From contig JBBSOS010000001.1 of the NCBI GenBank assembly GCA_038259505.1, forward strand, positions 1 to 36,593: a stretch of DNA of 36,593 bases, in the 5' to 3' direction. The first letter of the stretch is position 1, and each line of letters begins with the position of its first letter. A program made the translations under genes and the position numbers. Positions 8,505-16,272 of the stretch are shown here, in pieces. The notes beneath the pieces are model-generated. The model was not told the DNA's origin and did not search any database. It saw nothing but the letters and a program-made list of their open reading frames with translations. This stretch comes from Candidatus Limnocylindrales bacterium. GTDB lineage: Bacteria > Chloroflexota > Limnocylindria > Limnocylindrales > CSP1-4.

Positions 8505-10217
8505 ATGGGGGTTCAGGTGGCCGACCAGCTCGACCGGATCGCGGTGCCCATCGTGGCGACAGCCGCCGACCGCGCGTTCGCGTCCCTGGTACGACGCTAC
8601 ATCGATGAGCTGATGGAGCGGGAGCCGGTCCTCGCGACCTATCTCGGCATCCATGACCACGACCATCGCCTTGGCGACATGTCGCGGGCCGCGCGCCTGG
8701 AGCTCATCGAGTTCGAGCGACGCTACCTCGCCGACCTGACCGCCATCGAGCCAGGAACCCTGTCGGAGGCGAACCGGCTCGAGCGGGAGCTGGCCATGGT
8801 GGGTGCCAGGCGTGCCCTGTTCGATGGGGAGGTACACCGCCTCTGGGAACGCCGCGTCACGGCAGGCGAGGAGATCGGCGACGCGATCTTCCTGCTCTTC
8901 GTGCGCGATTTCGCACCACTCAGGGAACGCCTCGCCACCATCGCCGCACGTCTGGAGGCGGCCCCGCTCGCGCTGACCCAGGTTCGCGATCGGCTGGGCG
9001 ACGATGCGGTCGCCCTGTGGCTGCAGTTGGAGCTGGACTCCGTGGAGAGCCTGCCCGGCTTCCTGGACATCATCGAGGAGGCAGGCGAAGCGACCTACCC
9101 AACCGGGGATCCGGGTCAGGTCCGCCTGCGGGCAGCCGTCGCGGCCGCCAAGATCGCGCTGGCTGACTACGGCTCATGGATCGGCGAGCAACTCCCCAAC
9201 GCCGGTGACGACTTCCCCCTAGGAAGGGAACGTTTCGATGCGCTGGTCGAGCTGCGAGCGTTCGACGGGCTGACCACCGACGAGATCCTGTCCATCGGCT
9301 ACGAGCAACTCGCCACGAATCGTGCAGCGCGTGCCGCGGCCGCGGCCGAGATCGATCCGGATCGTCCGGAGTCGGACGTCCTGGCGCAGGTCAAGGCAGA
9401 TCATCCGCAGGATTTCGAGGAGGCGCTCGCCGCATACCGCGACGTGATGGACCGGGCGCGCGCGTTCATCGCCAGCGAAGGCATCATGTCGATACCAGCC
9501 GATTCGCCGCTGGAGGTCGTGGCCACGCCGGAGTACATGCGTCGGCTCACGCCATTTGCCGCCTACTTCTCGCCCGCGGCGTTCGACATGCCGCGGCGGG
9601 GGATCTACATCGTGACGCCATCGGTGGATGACGACCCGGGCGCCATGCGGGAACACAATCGGGCATCGATCTCCAACACCAGCATCCACGAGGCATACCC
9701 CGGCCACCACCTCCAACTGTCGGCGGCACTCGAGCGCCCGACCATCACCCGCCTGCTCATCGACGCACCCGAGTTCGTCGAGGGTTGGGGCATGTACAGC
9801 GAGCAGTTGATGCGAGAGCACGGGTTCGATGCCTCGCCCGCCCACCGGATGATGCTCGCGACCGACGCCATCTGGCGGGCGTGCCGGATCATCCTGGACA
9901 TCCAGTTGCACCGAGGCGAGATCAGCATCGATGAGGCCATCGAATTCCTGATCGACAACACCGGCTTCGAACGGCCGAACGCCGCTGCCGAGGTCCATCG
10001 ATACACGGCGACGCCGACCTATCAGCTGAGCTACCTGCTGGGCAAGGTGCTCATCCTCCGGCTGCGCGACGACGAGCAACGACGTCTTGGCGATGCCTTT
10101 TCATTGCGGGACTTCCACGACGCCCTGTTGTGGTCGGGCAGCATCCCGGTGAGCTTCCATCGTCGGTTGCTCCGCGGCGAGGGGGGCGGGCCGTTCCGGC
10201 CGGGTGACGTCGCCTGA
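8505..10217 (+). CDS. DUF885 family protein (metallopeptidase-like HExxH-type motif)
   Basis: ATG 8505 lies 1 nt after the ltaE stop. The length (570 aa), the motif SIHEAYPGHHLQ and the C-terminal YTATPTYQLSYLLGK...LRDFHDALL are typical of DUF885 as I remember it. Confidence 0.8.
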   Translation: MGVQVADQLDRIAVPIVATAADRAFASLVRRYIDELMEREPVLATYLGIHDHDHRLGDMSRAARLELIEFERRYLADLTAIEPGTLSEANRLERELAMVGARRALFDGEVHRLWERRVTAGEEIGDAIFLLFVRDFAPLRERLATIAARLEAAPLALTQVRDRLGDDAVALWLQLELDSVESLPGFLDIIEEAGEATYPTGDPGQVRLRAAVAAAKIALADYGSWIGEQLPNAGDDFPLGRERFDALVELRAFDGLTTDEILSIGYEQLATNRAARAAAAAEIDPDRPESDVLAQVKADHPQDFEEALAAYRDVMDRARAFIASEGIMSIPADSPLEVVATPEYMRRLTPFAAYFSPAAFDMPRRGIYIVTPSVDDDPGAMREHNRASISNTSIHEAYPGHHLQLSAALERPTITRLLIDAPEFVEGWGMYSEQLMREHGFDASPAHRMMLATDAIWRACRIILDIQLHRGEISIDEAIEFLIDNTGFERPNAAAEVHRYTATPTYQLSYLLGKVLILRLRDDEQRRLGDAFSLRDFHDALLWSGSIPVSFHRRLLRGEGGGPFRPGDVA

Positions 10218-10918
10218 TGCAGCTCATTCCGAGCATCGACCTGCAGGGTGGCCGGTCACGTCTCGTCTGGTGGCCGGGTGCGGGAGCCGGACAGGGTGCC
10301 CCCACGGATCGACCTGAGCGCATCGCACGTGCCTTCGTGGAGGCCGGAGCGCCGGCCATCCACCTGGTCGACCTCGATGGCGCTCGAGCTGGCCAGCCCG
10401 CCAGCCTGGCTGCGATCGCAGCGGTGGCCCGGGCCGTCGCCGTGCCGCTGCAGGTGGCGGGAGGCGTGGACGGGCCCGACCAGATCGAACTCTGTTTCGC
10501 GGCCGGTGCGACGCGGGTCGTCGTGCCGCTGTGGGCGGTGGTGGAGGATCGACCCCGCCTGGACGCCTGTCTGGCCATCGCTGGCGATTGGCTGGCTGTC
10601 GGCGTGGACGGTCGCCCAGAACGACTCCGTGACTATCCTTGGAAGCGCTTCCTACCGCCGAGCCTCGACGAGGTCGTCGGGGAGTTGGCGGCAGCCGGAG
10701 TGGGTCGCTTCGTGCTGTCGCACGGGGGAGCGGCGCCGGACCTCGGTACGCTGACCCGGCTTGCGGGGCTCGGGGTCGAGCTCCTCGTGGCGGGTGGAGT
10801 GACATCGGTCGGAGCGCTCGCGGACCTGGCGACGCACGGCGTTGCCGGGGTGATCGTGGGCGAGGCCCTGTTCACCGGGGCCATCGACTTCGTCAGTGCC
10901 CGCCAGACGGCGGCCTGA
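10217..10918 (+). CDS. HisA/HisF-family (beta/alpha)8-barrel protein
   Basis: Motifs seen: MQLIPSIDLQGGRSRLV...AIHLVDLDGARAG...PLQVAGGV...AVGVDGR...LLVAGGVTS...GVIVGEALFTG. This is the HisA-like layout, with both catalytic Asp positions and the GG phosphate-binding motifs. The start overlaps the DUF885 stop (TGATG). Confidence 0.75.
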   Translation: MQLIPSIDLQGGRSRLVWWPGAGAGQGAPTDRPERIARAFVEAGAPAIHLVDLDGARAGQPASLAAIAAVARAVAVPLQVAGGVDGPDQIELCFAAGATRVVVPLWAVVEDRPRLDACLAIAGDWLAVGVDGRPERLRDYPWKRFLPPSLDEVVGELAAAGVGRFVLSHGGAAPDLGTLTRLAGLGVELLVAGGVTSVGALADLATHGVAGVIVGEALFTGAIDFVSARQTAA

Positions 10919-10941
10919 CCAAACAAGATCCTGGAGGATCC

Positions 10942-11715
10942 ATGCGACGTCCCCTCGGCATCGCTGCCGCGATCACCCTGGTCGGCGTGGTCGCGGCGTG
11001 CGGCAACAGCGCCCCGACTCCGACCCCCACACCGACCCCCGCACCGTCGGTCATGCCATCGGTGCCGGCCCGACCGGTGGTCGGGCCACCGGACGCGACC
11101 CCTATGGCGGTGCCACTCGCTGCGCCGGCGGGTGACGGCACGACTGCGACCATCACCACCGCATTGGGCGACATCGTCATCGCCCTGGACACCGAGTCGG
11201 CGCCGGTCGCAGCTCGCAACTTCGAGGGGCTGGCGAAGGCCGGCTTCTACGACGGCACCACGTTCCACCGCCTGGTATCCGGGTTCGTCATCCAGGGCGG
11301 CGACCCCGACGGGAACGGCCGGGGCGGCCCCGGCTACACCATCCCCGACGAGCAGGTCGTGGGTGAGTACGGTCGGGGCGTCGTGGCCATGGCACGCACG
11401 TCCGAGCCGGATTCCCAGGGCTCCCAGTTCTTCATCGTCCTCGACGACGACGCGCGCGATGCCCTGGAGCAGTTCCGGACGTACGTGATCTTCGGGCAGG
11501 TGACATCGGGCATGGATGTCGTGGACCAGATCGCCGCGATGCCCAACAGTGGCCCGCCCAGCAACACCGCGCTCGATCCCGTGGTGATGACCTCGGTGAC
11601 CATCCAGGAACCGGGCGCGTCAGCGGCGCCTGTAGCTGATTCGGGGACGCCGGCAGGTTCAGCGGCGACGGCAGCTGGTTCAGCAGCACCCAGCCCGCAC
11701 GTCTCGACCCCCTGA
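10942..11715 (+). CDS. Cyclophilin-type peptidyl-prolyl cis-trans isomerase, predicted lipoprotein
   Basis: A GGAGGA RBS lies 4 nt upstream of ATG 10942. The signal peptide and lipobox are MRRPLGIAAAITLVGVVAAC, followed by a Pro/Thr linker. The catalytic core reads NFEGLAKAGFYDGTTFHRLVSGFVIQGGDP...GVVAMART...SQFFIV. Confidence 0.92.
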   Translation: MRRPLGIAAAITLVGVVAACGNSAPTPTPTPTPAPSVMPSVPARPVVGPPDATPMAVPLAAPAGDGTTATITTALGDIVIALDTESAPVAARNFEGLAKAGFYDGTTFHRLVSGFVIQGGDPDGNGRGGPGYTIPDEQVVGEYGRGVVAMARTSEPDSQGSQFFIVLDDDARDALEQFRTYVIFGQVTSGMDVVDQIAAMPNSGPPSNTALDPVVMTSVTIQEPGASAAPVADSGTPAGSAATAAGSAAPSPHVSTP

Positions 11716-11777
11716 GGTAACCGTTCGCACGGCGCGGCAACGTTACGGAAAGTTAATCGCCGCTCGTCAATGGGGGC

Positions 11778-11806
11778 TTGAGTCGGCGGTTCCCCTCGGG
11801 TAGACT
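11778..11806 (+). promoter_or_regulatory. Candidate sigma-A type promoter (TTGAGT - 17 nt - TAGACT)
   Basis: The -35-like TTGAGT sits at 11778-11783 and the -10-like TAGACT at 11801-11806 with a 17-nt spacer. It lies in an AT-richer non-coding stretch 60 nt after the PPIase stop. This is a pattern match only. Confidence 0.35.
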
Positions 11807-11812
11807 GCGATG

Positions 11813-11990
11813 CAGTGCTGCTGGTCAGCATGACTGCCCCAGGAACAAGGTCATGGGTAGGTTGGGTTAGGGTAGCCGGTGCAGCCGGCGTGATAGATGC
11901 CCTTGTAACGTGGCAGACGACCGATTCGCAAGGATCGGTTAGCCGGGACAGTGCAGACGACCCCGCTTCGGCGGGGTCGTCTCATTTCTG
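11813..11990 (+). ncRNA. Candidate small RNA (about 170-180 nt), unclassified
   Basis: It is bounded by the candidate promoter and a strong hairpin terminator. No ORF longer than 7 codons starts near the predicted 5' end. Several local hairpins are readable by eye: GCTG/CAGC at 11816-11828, CATGAC/GTCATG at 11829-11855 with a CCCC-containing loop, GCCGG/CCGGC at about 11874-11888, and ACCGAT/ATCGGT at about 11920-11939. I could not match it to SRP, 6S, 6C, RNase P, tmRNA or any riboswitch core. Confidence 0.3.
11955..11990 (+). terminator. Intrinsic terminator hairpin (possibly bidirectional)
   Basis: AGACGACCCCGC-TTCG-GCGGGGTCGTCT forms a 12-bp perfect stem with a TTCG tetraloop, followed by CATTTCTG on the plus strand. 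It lies between the plus-strand unit and the 3' end of the convergent minus-strand gene ending at 12059. Confidence 0.6.
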
Positions 11991-12058
11991 GTGATCCGAG
12001 GTAGCAAGTCCCCGCGGGTGCGCGGGTGGACGTGCCCCGGACGCCATCGACCGGAAAG

Positions 12059-12772
12059 CTACGGTGCCGGGCTCGCCAGCGACGCCGGACTCGCCAGCAG
12101 TGCCGCGCAGGGATCAGCCGCCCCCGCAATGTCGGGGATCTCGGATGCCACGATCGATGGGCTCCGTCGCGGAACGGCGGAGCCGGAGCCCGCGACGCTT
12201 GTACCGGGCACCCCTGACGCAGTCGCGCCGTCGGTCGTGAAGCTCACGGCCGTACAGGTGTCCTGGCTGCGGTCCCTGGAGCCGTGCGCACCGAAGGTGA
12301 TGATCGCGCATGCGACGACAGCGCAATCAACGGGACCCGTCTGGTTGGTGAAACTCGATGGGATGTCGAGGGTGGTCGAGAACGAACCATCTGGTGCCAT
12401 CGGCGCCTCGGCGCCCGATGGCTGACCCGTCTGGTGGACCCACTTGAACGCGGCGTAGACGCTGGGGTCCAGGTAGTAGGCAGGTGCCGGGGTGATCGGA
12501 CCGAACACCACGTAGATCCCGTTGCCGTGGTTGCCGAGCGGATCGAAGCCTGTGCCATCCACCGTCACGGTATCGGTGCCCGCCGGGAACGGACCTGCCG
12601 GTGTCACGGTCACGCTCGGTGTCACGGTCACGCTCGGTGTCACGGTCACGCTCGGTGTCGCGGCCAGTGCCTGGGTCGTGACGCCAAGGAGAGCCAGCAC
12701 CGTGATCGCAGCGGCCAGCACGCCCCCCAGGCGCGACGGCTGGGACGACCGATGTGATGAGAGCGGACGCAT
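12059..12772 (-). CDS. Secreted protein with a neocarzinostatin-like disulfide-stapled beta-sandwich domain (paralogue of the HmuT N-terminal domain)
   Basis: ATG 12772 is preceded by AAGGAG 8 nt upstream. The signal peptide is MRPLSSHRSSQPSRLGGVLAAAITVLALLGVTTQALAA, followed by a TPSVTV x3 repeat. The domain reads TDTVTVDGTGFDP...GIYVVFGP...VDCAVVACAIITFGAHGSRDRSQDTCTAVSF. The 44 codons upstream in the ORF track lack an RBS. Confidence 0.75.
   Translation of the reverse strand: MRPLSSHRSSQPSRLGGVLAAAITVLALLGVTTQALAATPSVTVTPSVTVTPSVTVTPAGPFPAGTDTVTVDGTGFDPLGNHGNGIYVVFGPITPAPAYYLDPSVYAAFKWVHQTGQPSGAEAPMAPDGSFSTTLDIPSSFTNQTGPVDCAVVACAIITFGAHGSRDRSQDTCTAVSFTTDGATASGVPGTSVAGSGSAVPRRSPSIVASEIPDIAGAADPCAALLASPASLASPAP
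12601..12660 (-). repeat. Perfect 18-nt tandem repeat x3.3 inside the CDS (encodes TPSVTV x3)
   Basis: GTGTCACGGTCACGCTCG occupies 12601-12618, 12619-12636 and 12637-12654, followed by a partial fourth copy. Confidence 0.9.
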
Positions 12773-12978
12773 CGGACAGGCTCCTTGGTTCATTCGGCCG
12801 GGTCGCATGCGGCATGGACCCGTGCAGCGGGCGATCCGGCGGCACGCCACATGCGGCGCACGCCGTCCTACACAGGCTACCCTGTCCAGCCGTTTCAAGG
12901 GCACCTGAGTGCCGCGCGGGACCGAGGTGTATCATCCGATGCGCACCAAGGATCCATCGCGAACGAAAGTGAGTCCCG

Positions 12979-13659
12979 TTGTCCCTGCTGGCCCGTGAGC
13001 CTCGCATCGCCGCCGAGCCGTTCTCCTCCCGGATCCGAGCGGGGACGCGCGTCGACCACGAGCGCACGGAGCGGTCGCCCTTCATCAGCGATCTCCTGGC
13101 GGGCCGCGTGACCCTCGATGGATTTGCAGCCATGACCGGCCAGCTGTGGTTCATCTATGACGCGCTGGAGACGGGTGCGCAGCTTCTCCGCGACGACCCG
13201 GTCGTCGGGCCGTTCCTCGATCCCAGATTGACCCGTCGCGACGCCTTGAACACGGACCTGACCGGGTTGCTGGGCCCGGGGTGGCGTGGTGGGCTGGTTG
13301 CCAGCGAGCCGACCCGTACGCATGCCGATCGCATCGCCGAGCTGGCTCGGTCGTGGCCGGCGGGCTATCTGGCTCACCACTACACCCGCTACATGGGCGA
13401 CCTGTCCGGTGGCAAGATCGTCGGCAGGACGGCCCAGCGGGTCTACGGCCTGACGGACGAGGGCGTCCGGTTCTACCGATTCGACGACATCCCCAGTGGA
13501 CGGGCCTTCAAGGATGCGTATCGGCAACTGCTCGATGATGCGCCGTGGACCGAGGCCGAGCAGCTTCGGATCATGGACGAAGCGAGCCTCAGCTTCCGGC
13601 TGACCGGCGACATGTTCGAGGCCCTCGAACACCACGGCAGCAGCTTCGTCCCTTCCTGA
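12979..13659 (+). CDS. hmuO: Heme oxygenase (biliverdin-producing, HmuO/HO-1 family)
   Basis: Motifs seen: FSSRIRAGTRVDHERTERSPFISDLL (proximal His helix), LWFIYDALE, and HHYTRYMGDLSGGKIVGR (distal-helix GDLSGG motif). The start is TTG at 12979. Confidence 0.9.
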   Translation: MSLLAREPRIAAEPFSSRIRAGTRVDHERTERSPFISDLLAGRVTLDGFAAMTGQLWFIYDALETGAQLLRDDPVVGPFLDPRLTRRDALNTDLTGLLGPGWRGGLVASEPTRTHADRIAELARSWPAGYLAHHYTRYMGDLSGGKIVGRTAQRVYGLTDEGVRFYRFDDIPSGRAFKDAYRQLLDDAPWTEAEQLRIMDEASLSFRLTGDMFEALEHHGSSFVPS

Positions 13660-13676
13660 ACAGCGTCGCTATCCCG

Positions 13677-15233
13677 ATGTCACCGGATCATGCCGTCCGT
13701 CGCTCCGCGCGCCGTATCTGGACCCTGCCGCTGCTCGCACTCGTCGTCGCGGCCAGTTCCTTCATGGCCCTGGGCAGCCCTACGGCCAAGGCCCAGACAT
13801 CTGCGACCGGCGCCGGCGGCCAGACGCTCACCGTGTCAGACGTCAGCGACCTCGACCCGGATGGCACCACCGTCACGGTGTCCGGCTCCGGGTATGACAC
13901 GGACAAGGGCGTCTACGTCTCGTTCTGCGTGGTGCCACCACCGGGCACGCTGCCGACACCCTGCGGCGGTGGCATCGACCTCACCGGAACGGGCGGTGGC
14001 ACCGTCTGGATCTCCTCACATCCGCCCATCTACGCGACCGGGCTGACGACACCATATGGACACGGCGGCACGTTCAACGTCAAGCTGACGGTGGAGGCGG
14101 CACTCGACGACACGACCGACTGCCGCGTCGTCGCGTGCGCGGTCGTGACCCGCAACGACCACACCCGGAGCGATGACCGGTCCCAGGATGTCATCGTCCC
14201 GATCACGTTCAGCGGCACCCCGCCCACGCCGGGCGCGGTGGCATCCCCGACCGCGGGGACGACCAACCCGGGCAGCAGTCCTGCGGCGTCCGGCACCATC
14301 GTGGATCCGGCCGCTGGTTGCGGGCCGTCGACCGCCCTCGTCGGAGCCAGCGCCATCGACCCCATCACGCCCACGCCCGTGCCCGTGTTGCCGGTCACGG
14401 TCCACTCCGCGGATGGCCGTGATGTGACCGTCACCGATGTCAGTCGGATCCTGCCCGTGAACCTGTACGGCTCCATCGCCGAGATCGTGTTCAGCCTGGG
14501 CCTCGGTCCCAACGTGGTCGGTCGTGATATCGCCACCACCTTTGACGCTGCGAAGGACCTGCCCCTGGTCACGACCGCAGGCACCGACCTGTCGGCCGAG
14601 GCGATCTTCGGACTCGATCCGAGCGTGGTCCTCGCGGACGACAGCATCGGGCCTCCGGAAGTGCTCCAACAACTGCGCGATGCGGGGATCCCCGTGGTCA
14701 TGCTGCCGTCGCTCCAGACGCTCGAGGGCATCACTGGCCACATCCAGTCGATCGCCGCCGCTCTCGGCGTCCCCGAGGCGGGTGAGCAGCTCATCGAGCG
14801 CTCCGACCAGCAGATCGCGGACGCGACAGCGAGCGTGGTCCCGCCGGCGACGCCCCTGTCCATCGCGTTCCTGTACATCCGGGGTTCTGCCGGCGTCTAT
14901 CTCATCACCGGTGCCGGTGCCGGCCCGGACGCGATGATCGAGTCAATCGGCGCCGTCGATGCCGGGGCCCGACTGGGCATCGAGGGCTTCAAGCCCATCA
15001 CCAGCGAGGCACTCATCGGTGCTGCCCCGGACGTGATCCTCATCCTGTCCGATAGCCTGAAGTCCGTGGGCGGTATCGACGGGCTGCTCAAGCTGCCGGG
15101 CATCGCGCAGACACCGGCCGGTGAGCACCGGCGGATCGTCGACATGGACGACGGCGTGCTGCTCAACTTCGGCACCCGCACGGGTGCTGCCATCGAGGCG
15201 CTGGCGAAGGCTGTCTACCAGCCCTGCGGCTAG
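13677..15233 (+). CDS. hmuT: Hemin ABC transporter substrate-binding protein (HmuT-type, cluster A/class III) with an extra N-terminal neocarzinostatin-like domain
   Basis: The signal peptide is MSPDHAVRRSARRIWTLPLLALVVAASSFMALGSPTAKAQ. The N-terminal domain reads LTVSDVSDLDPDGTTVTVSGSGYDTDKGVYVSFCVV...PCGGG...TDCRVVACAVVTRNDHTRSDDRSQDVIVPITF, followed by a Pro/Thr/Ala linker. The periplasmic-binding fold reads VTVTDVSRILPVNLYGSIAEIVFSLGLGPNVVGRD...DPSVVLADDS...IAFLYIRG...APDVILI. Confidence 0.88.
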   Translation: MSPDHAVRRSARRIWTLPLLALVVAASSFMALGSPTAKAQTSATGAGGQTLTVSDVSDLDPDGTTVTVSGSGYDTDKGVYVSFCVVPPPGTLPTPCGGGIDLTGTGGGTVWISSHPPIYATGLTTPYGHGGTFNVKLTVEAALDDTTDCRVVACAVVTRNDHTRSDDRSQDVIVPITFSGTPPTPGAVASPTAGTTNPGSSPAASGTIVDPAAGCGPSTALVGASAIDPITPTPVPVLPVTVHSADGRDVTVTDVSRILPVNLYGSIAEIVFSLGLGPNVVGRDIATTFDAAKDLPLVTTAGTDLSAEAIFGLDPSVVLADDSIGPPEVLQQLRDAGIPVVMLPSLQTLEGITGHIQSIAAALGVPEAGEQLIERSDQQIADATASVVPPATPLSIAFLYIRGSAGVYLITGAGAGPDAMIESIGAVDAGARLGIEGFKPITSEALIGAAPDVILILSDSLKSVGGIDGLLKLPGIAQTPAGEHRRIVDMDDGVLLNFGTRTGAAIEALAKAVYQPCG

Positions 15234-15237
15234 CCTG

Positions 15238-16272
15238 GTGACCAGGCGGGGACGGCTCACGCTGGTGGGCCTGGTGACCGCGCTCATCATCGCGTGCATC
15301 CTTGCCGCGGGTATCGGCCAACTGCACGTGCCGCCTGACCAGGTGCTGGGATCGATCCTCCACCGTGTCGGCATCGACATCCTGCCCATGCCGACCGCGC
15401 CGCGCGGCGACGACGCGCTATGGCTGGTGAGATTCCCGCGGGTCTTGCTCGCGGTCTTGGTGGGAGCCGCGCTTGGCTGCGCTGGCGCCCTGATGCAGGG
15501 CGTGTTCGGCAATCCGTTGGCCGAGCCCGGCGTCATCGGCGTCTCGTCGGGTGCCGCCATCGGCGCCTTCGCGGTCATCGTGTTCGGGATCTCGGCGCTC
15601 GGCAGCTGGACCGTGCCCGTCGCCGCGTTCCTGGGCGGACTCCTGGCCACCCTCATCGTGTACGGCCTGGCGCGCTCGGGAGGCCGCACGGAGGTGGTGA
15701 CCCTGGTCCTGGTGGGCATCGCGGTCACGGCGTTCGCGGGCGCCGTCATCGGGACGCTGACGTTCGTGTCCAGCGACGACGCCCTGCGTTCGATCGCATT
15801 CTGGAACCTGGGCAGCATGGCTCGAGCGACATGGGATGCCGTGTTCGCGGTCACGCCCTTCGTGGTCGTTGGTGTGGTCGTCGCCATCTATTACGCCCCT
15901 CACCTGGACCTGCTGTCCCTCGGCGAACGACCGGCCCGTCACCTGGGGGTGGACGTGGAACGGTTGCGCCTCGTGCTCATCGTGGTCATCGCGCTCCTCG
16001 CGGGCGCCGGCGTCGCGTTCACCGGCATCATCGCGTTCGTTGGCCTCATCGTGCCGCACCTCATCCGACTCGTCACCGGGCCGTCCCACCGCACCCTCAT
16101 CCCCGCCAGCGTCGTTGGTGGCGCACTGGTCGTGGTCGTCGGTGACCTCATCGCGCGCACGATCATCGAGAACCAGGAGCTGCCGCTGGGCGTGCTCACG
16201 GCCCTCATCGGGGCGCCGTTCTTCTTCTGGCTCATCCGGCGCACGCGGGCGCGCGCGGGAGGCTGGGCCTGA
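15238..16272 (+). CDS. hmuU: Heme/iron-complex ABC transporter permease (FecCD family)
   Basis: GTG 15238 lies 5 nt after the hmuT stop. Motifs seen: LRFPRVLLAVLVGAALGCAGALMQGVFGNPLAEPGVIGVSSGAA...LSLGERPARHLGVDVERLR...GLIVPHLIRL...PLGVLTALIGAPFFFWLI. Confidence 0.9.
   Translation: MTRRGRLTLVGLVTALIIACILAAGIGQLHVPPDQVLGSILHRVGIDILPMPTAPRGDDALWLVRFPRVLLAVLVGAALGCAGALMQGVFGNPLAEPGVIGVSSGAAIGAFAVIVFGISALGSWTVPVAAFLGGLLATLIVYGLARSGGRTEVVTLVLVGIAVTAFAGAVIGTLTFVSSDDALRSIAFWNLGSMARATWDAVFAVTPFVVVGVVVAIYYAPHLDLLSLGERPARHLGVDVERLRLVLIVVIALLAGAGVAFTGIIAFVGLIVPHLIRLVTGPSHRTLIPASVVGGALVVVVGDLIARTIIENQELPLGVLTALIGAPFFFWLIRRTRARAGGWA

Noticed and set aside
11855-11880. GTAGGTTGGGTTAGGGTAG, which resembles the left half of an IdeR/DtxR iron box near the heme locus.
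   Set aside because: It matches only about 12/19 to TTAGGTTAGGCTAACCTAA by hand alignment, the right half is not palindromic, and it lies inside the sRNA-candidate region some 900 nt from the hmuO promoter. It is not convincing without a PWM score.
12601-12660. Possible CRISPR-like or mini-satellite arrays (also 24572..24607 and 36440..36593).
   Set aside because: All are contiguous in-frame tandem repeats without spacers, inside ORFs with clear protein homology on both sides. They encode linker peptides and are not CRISPR.
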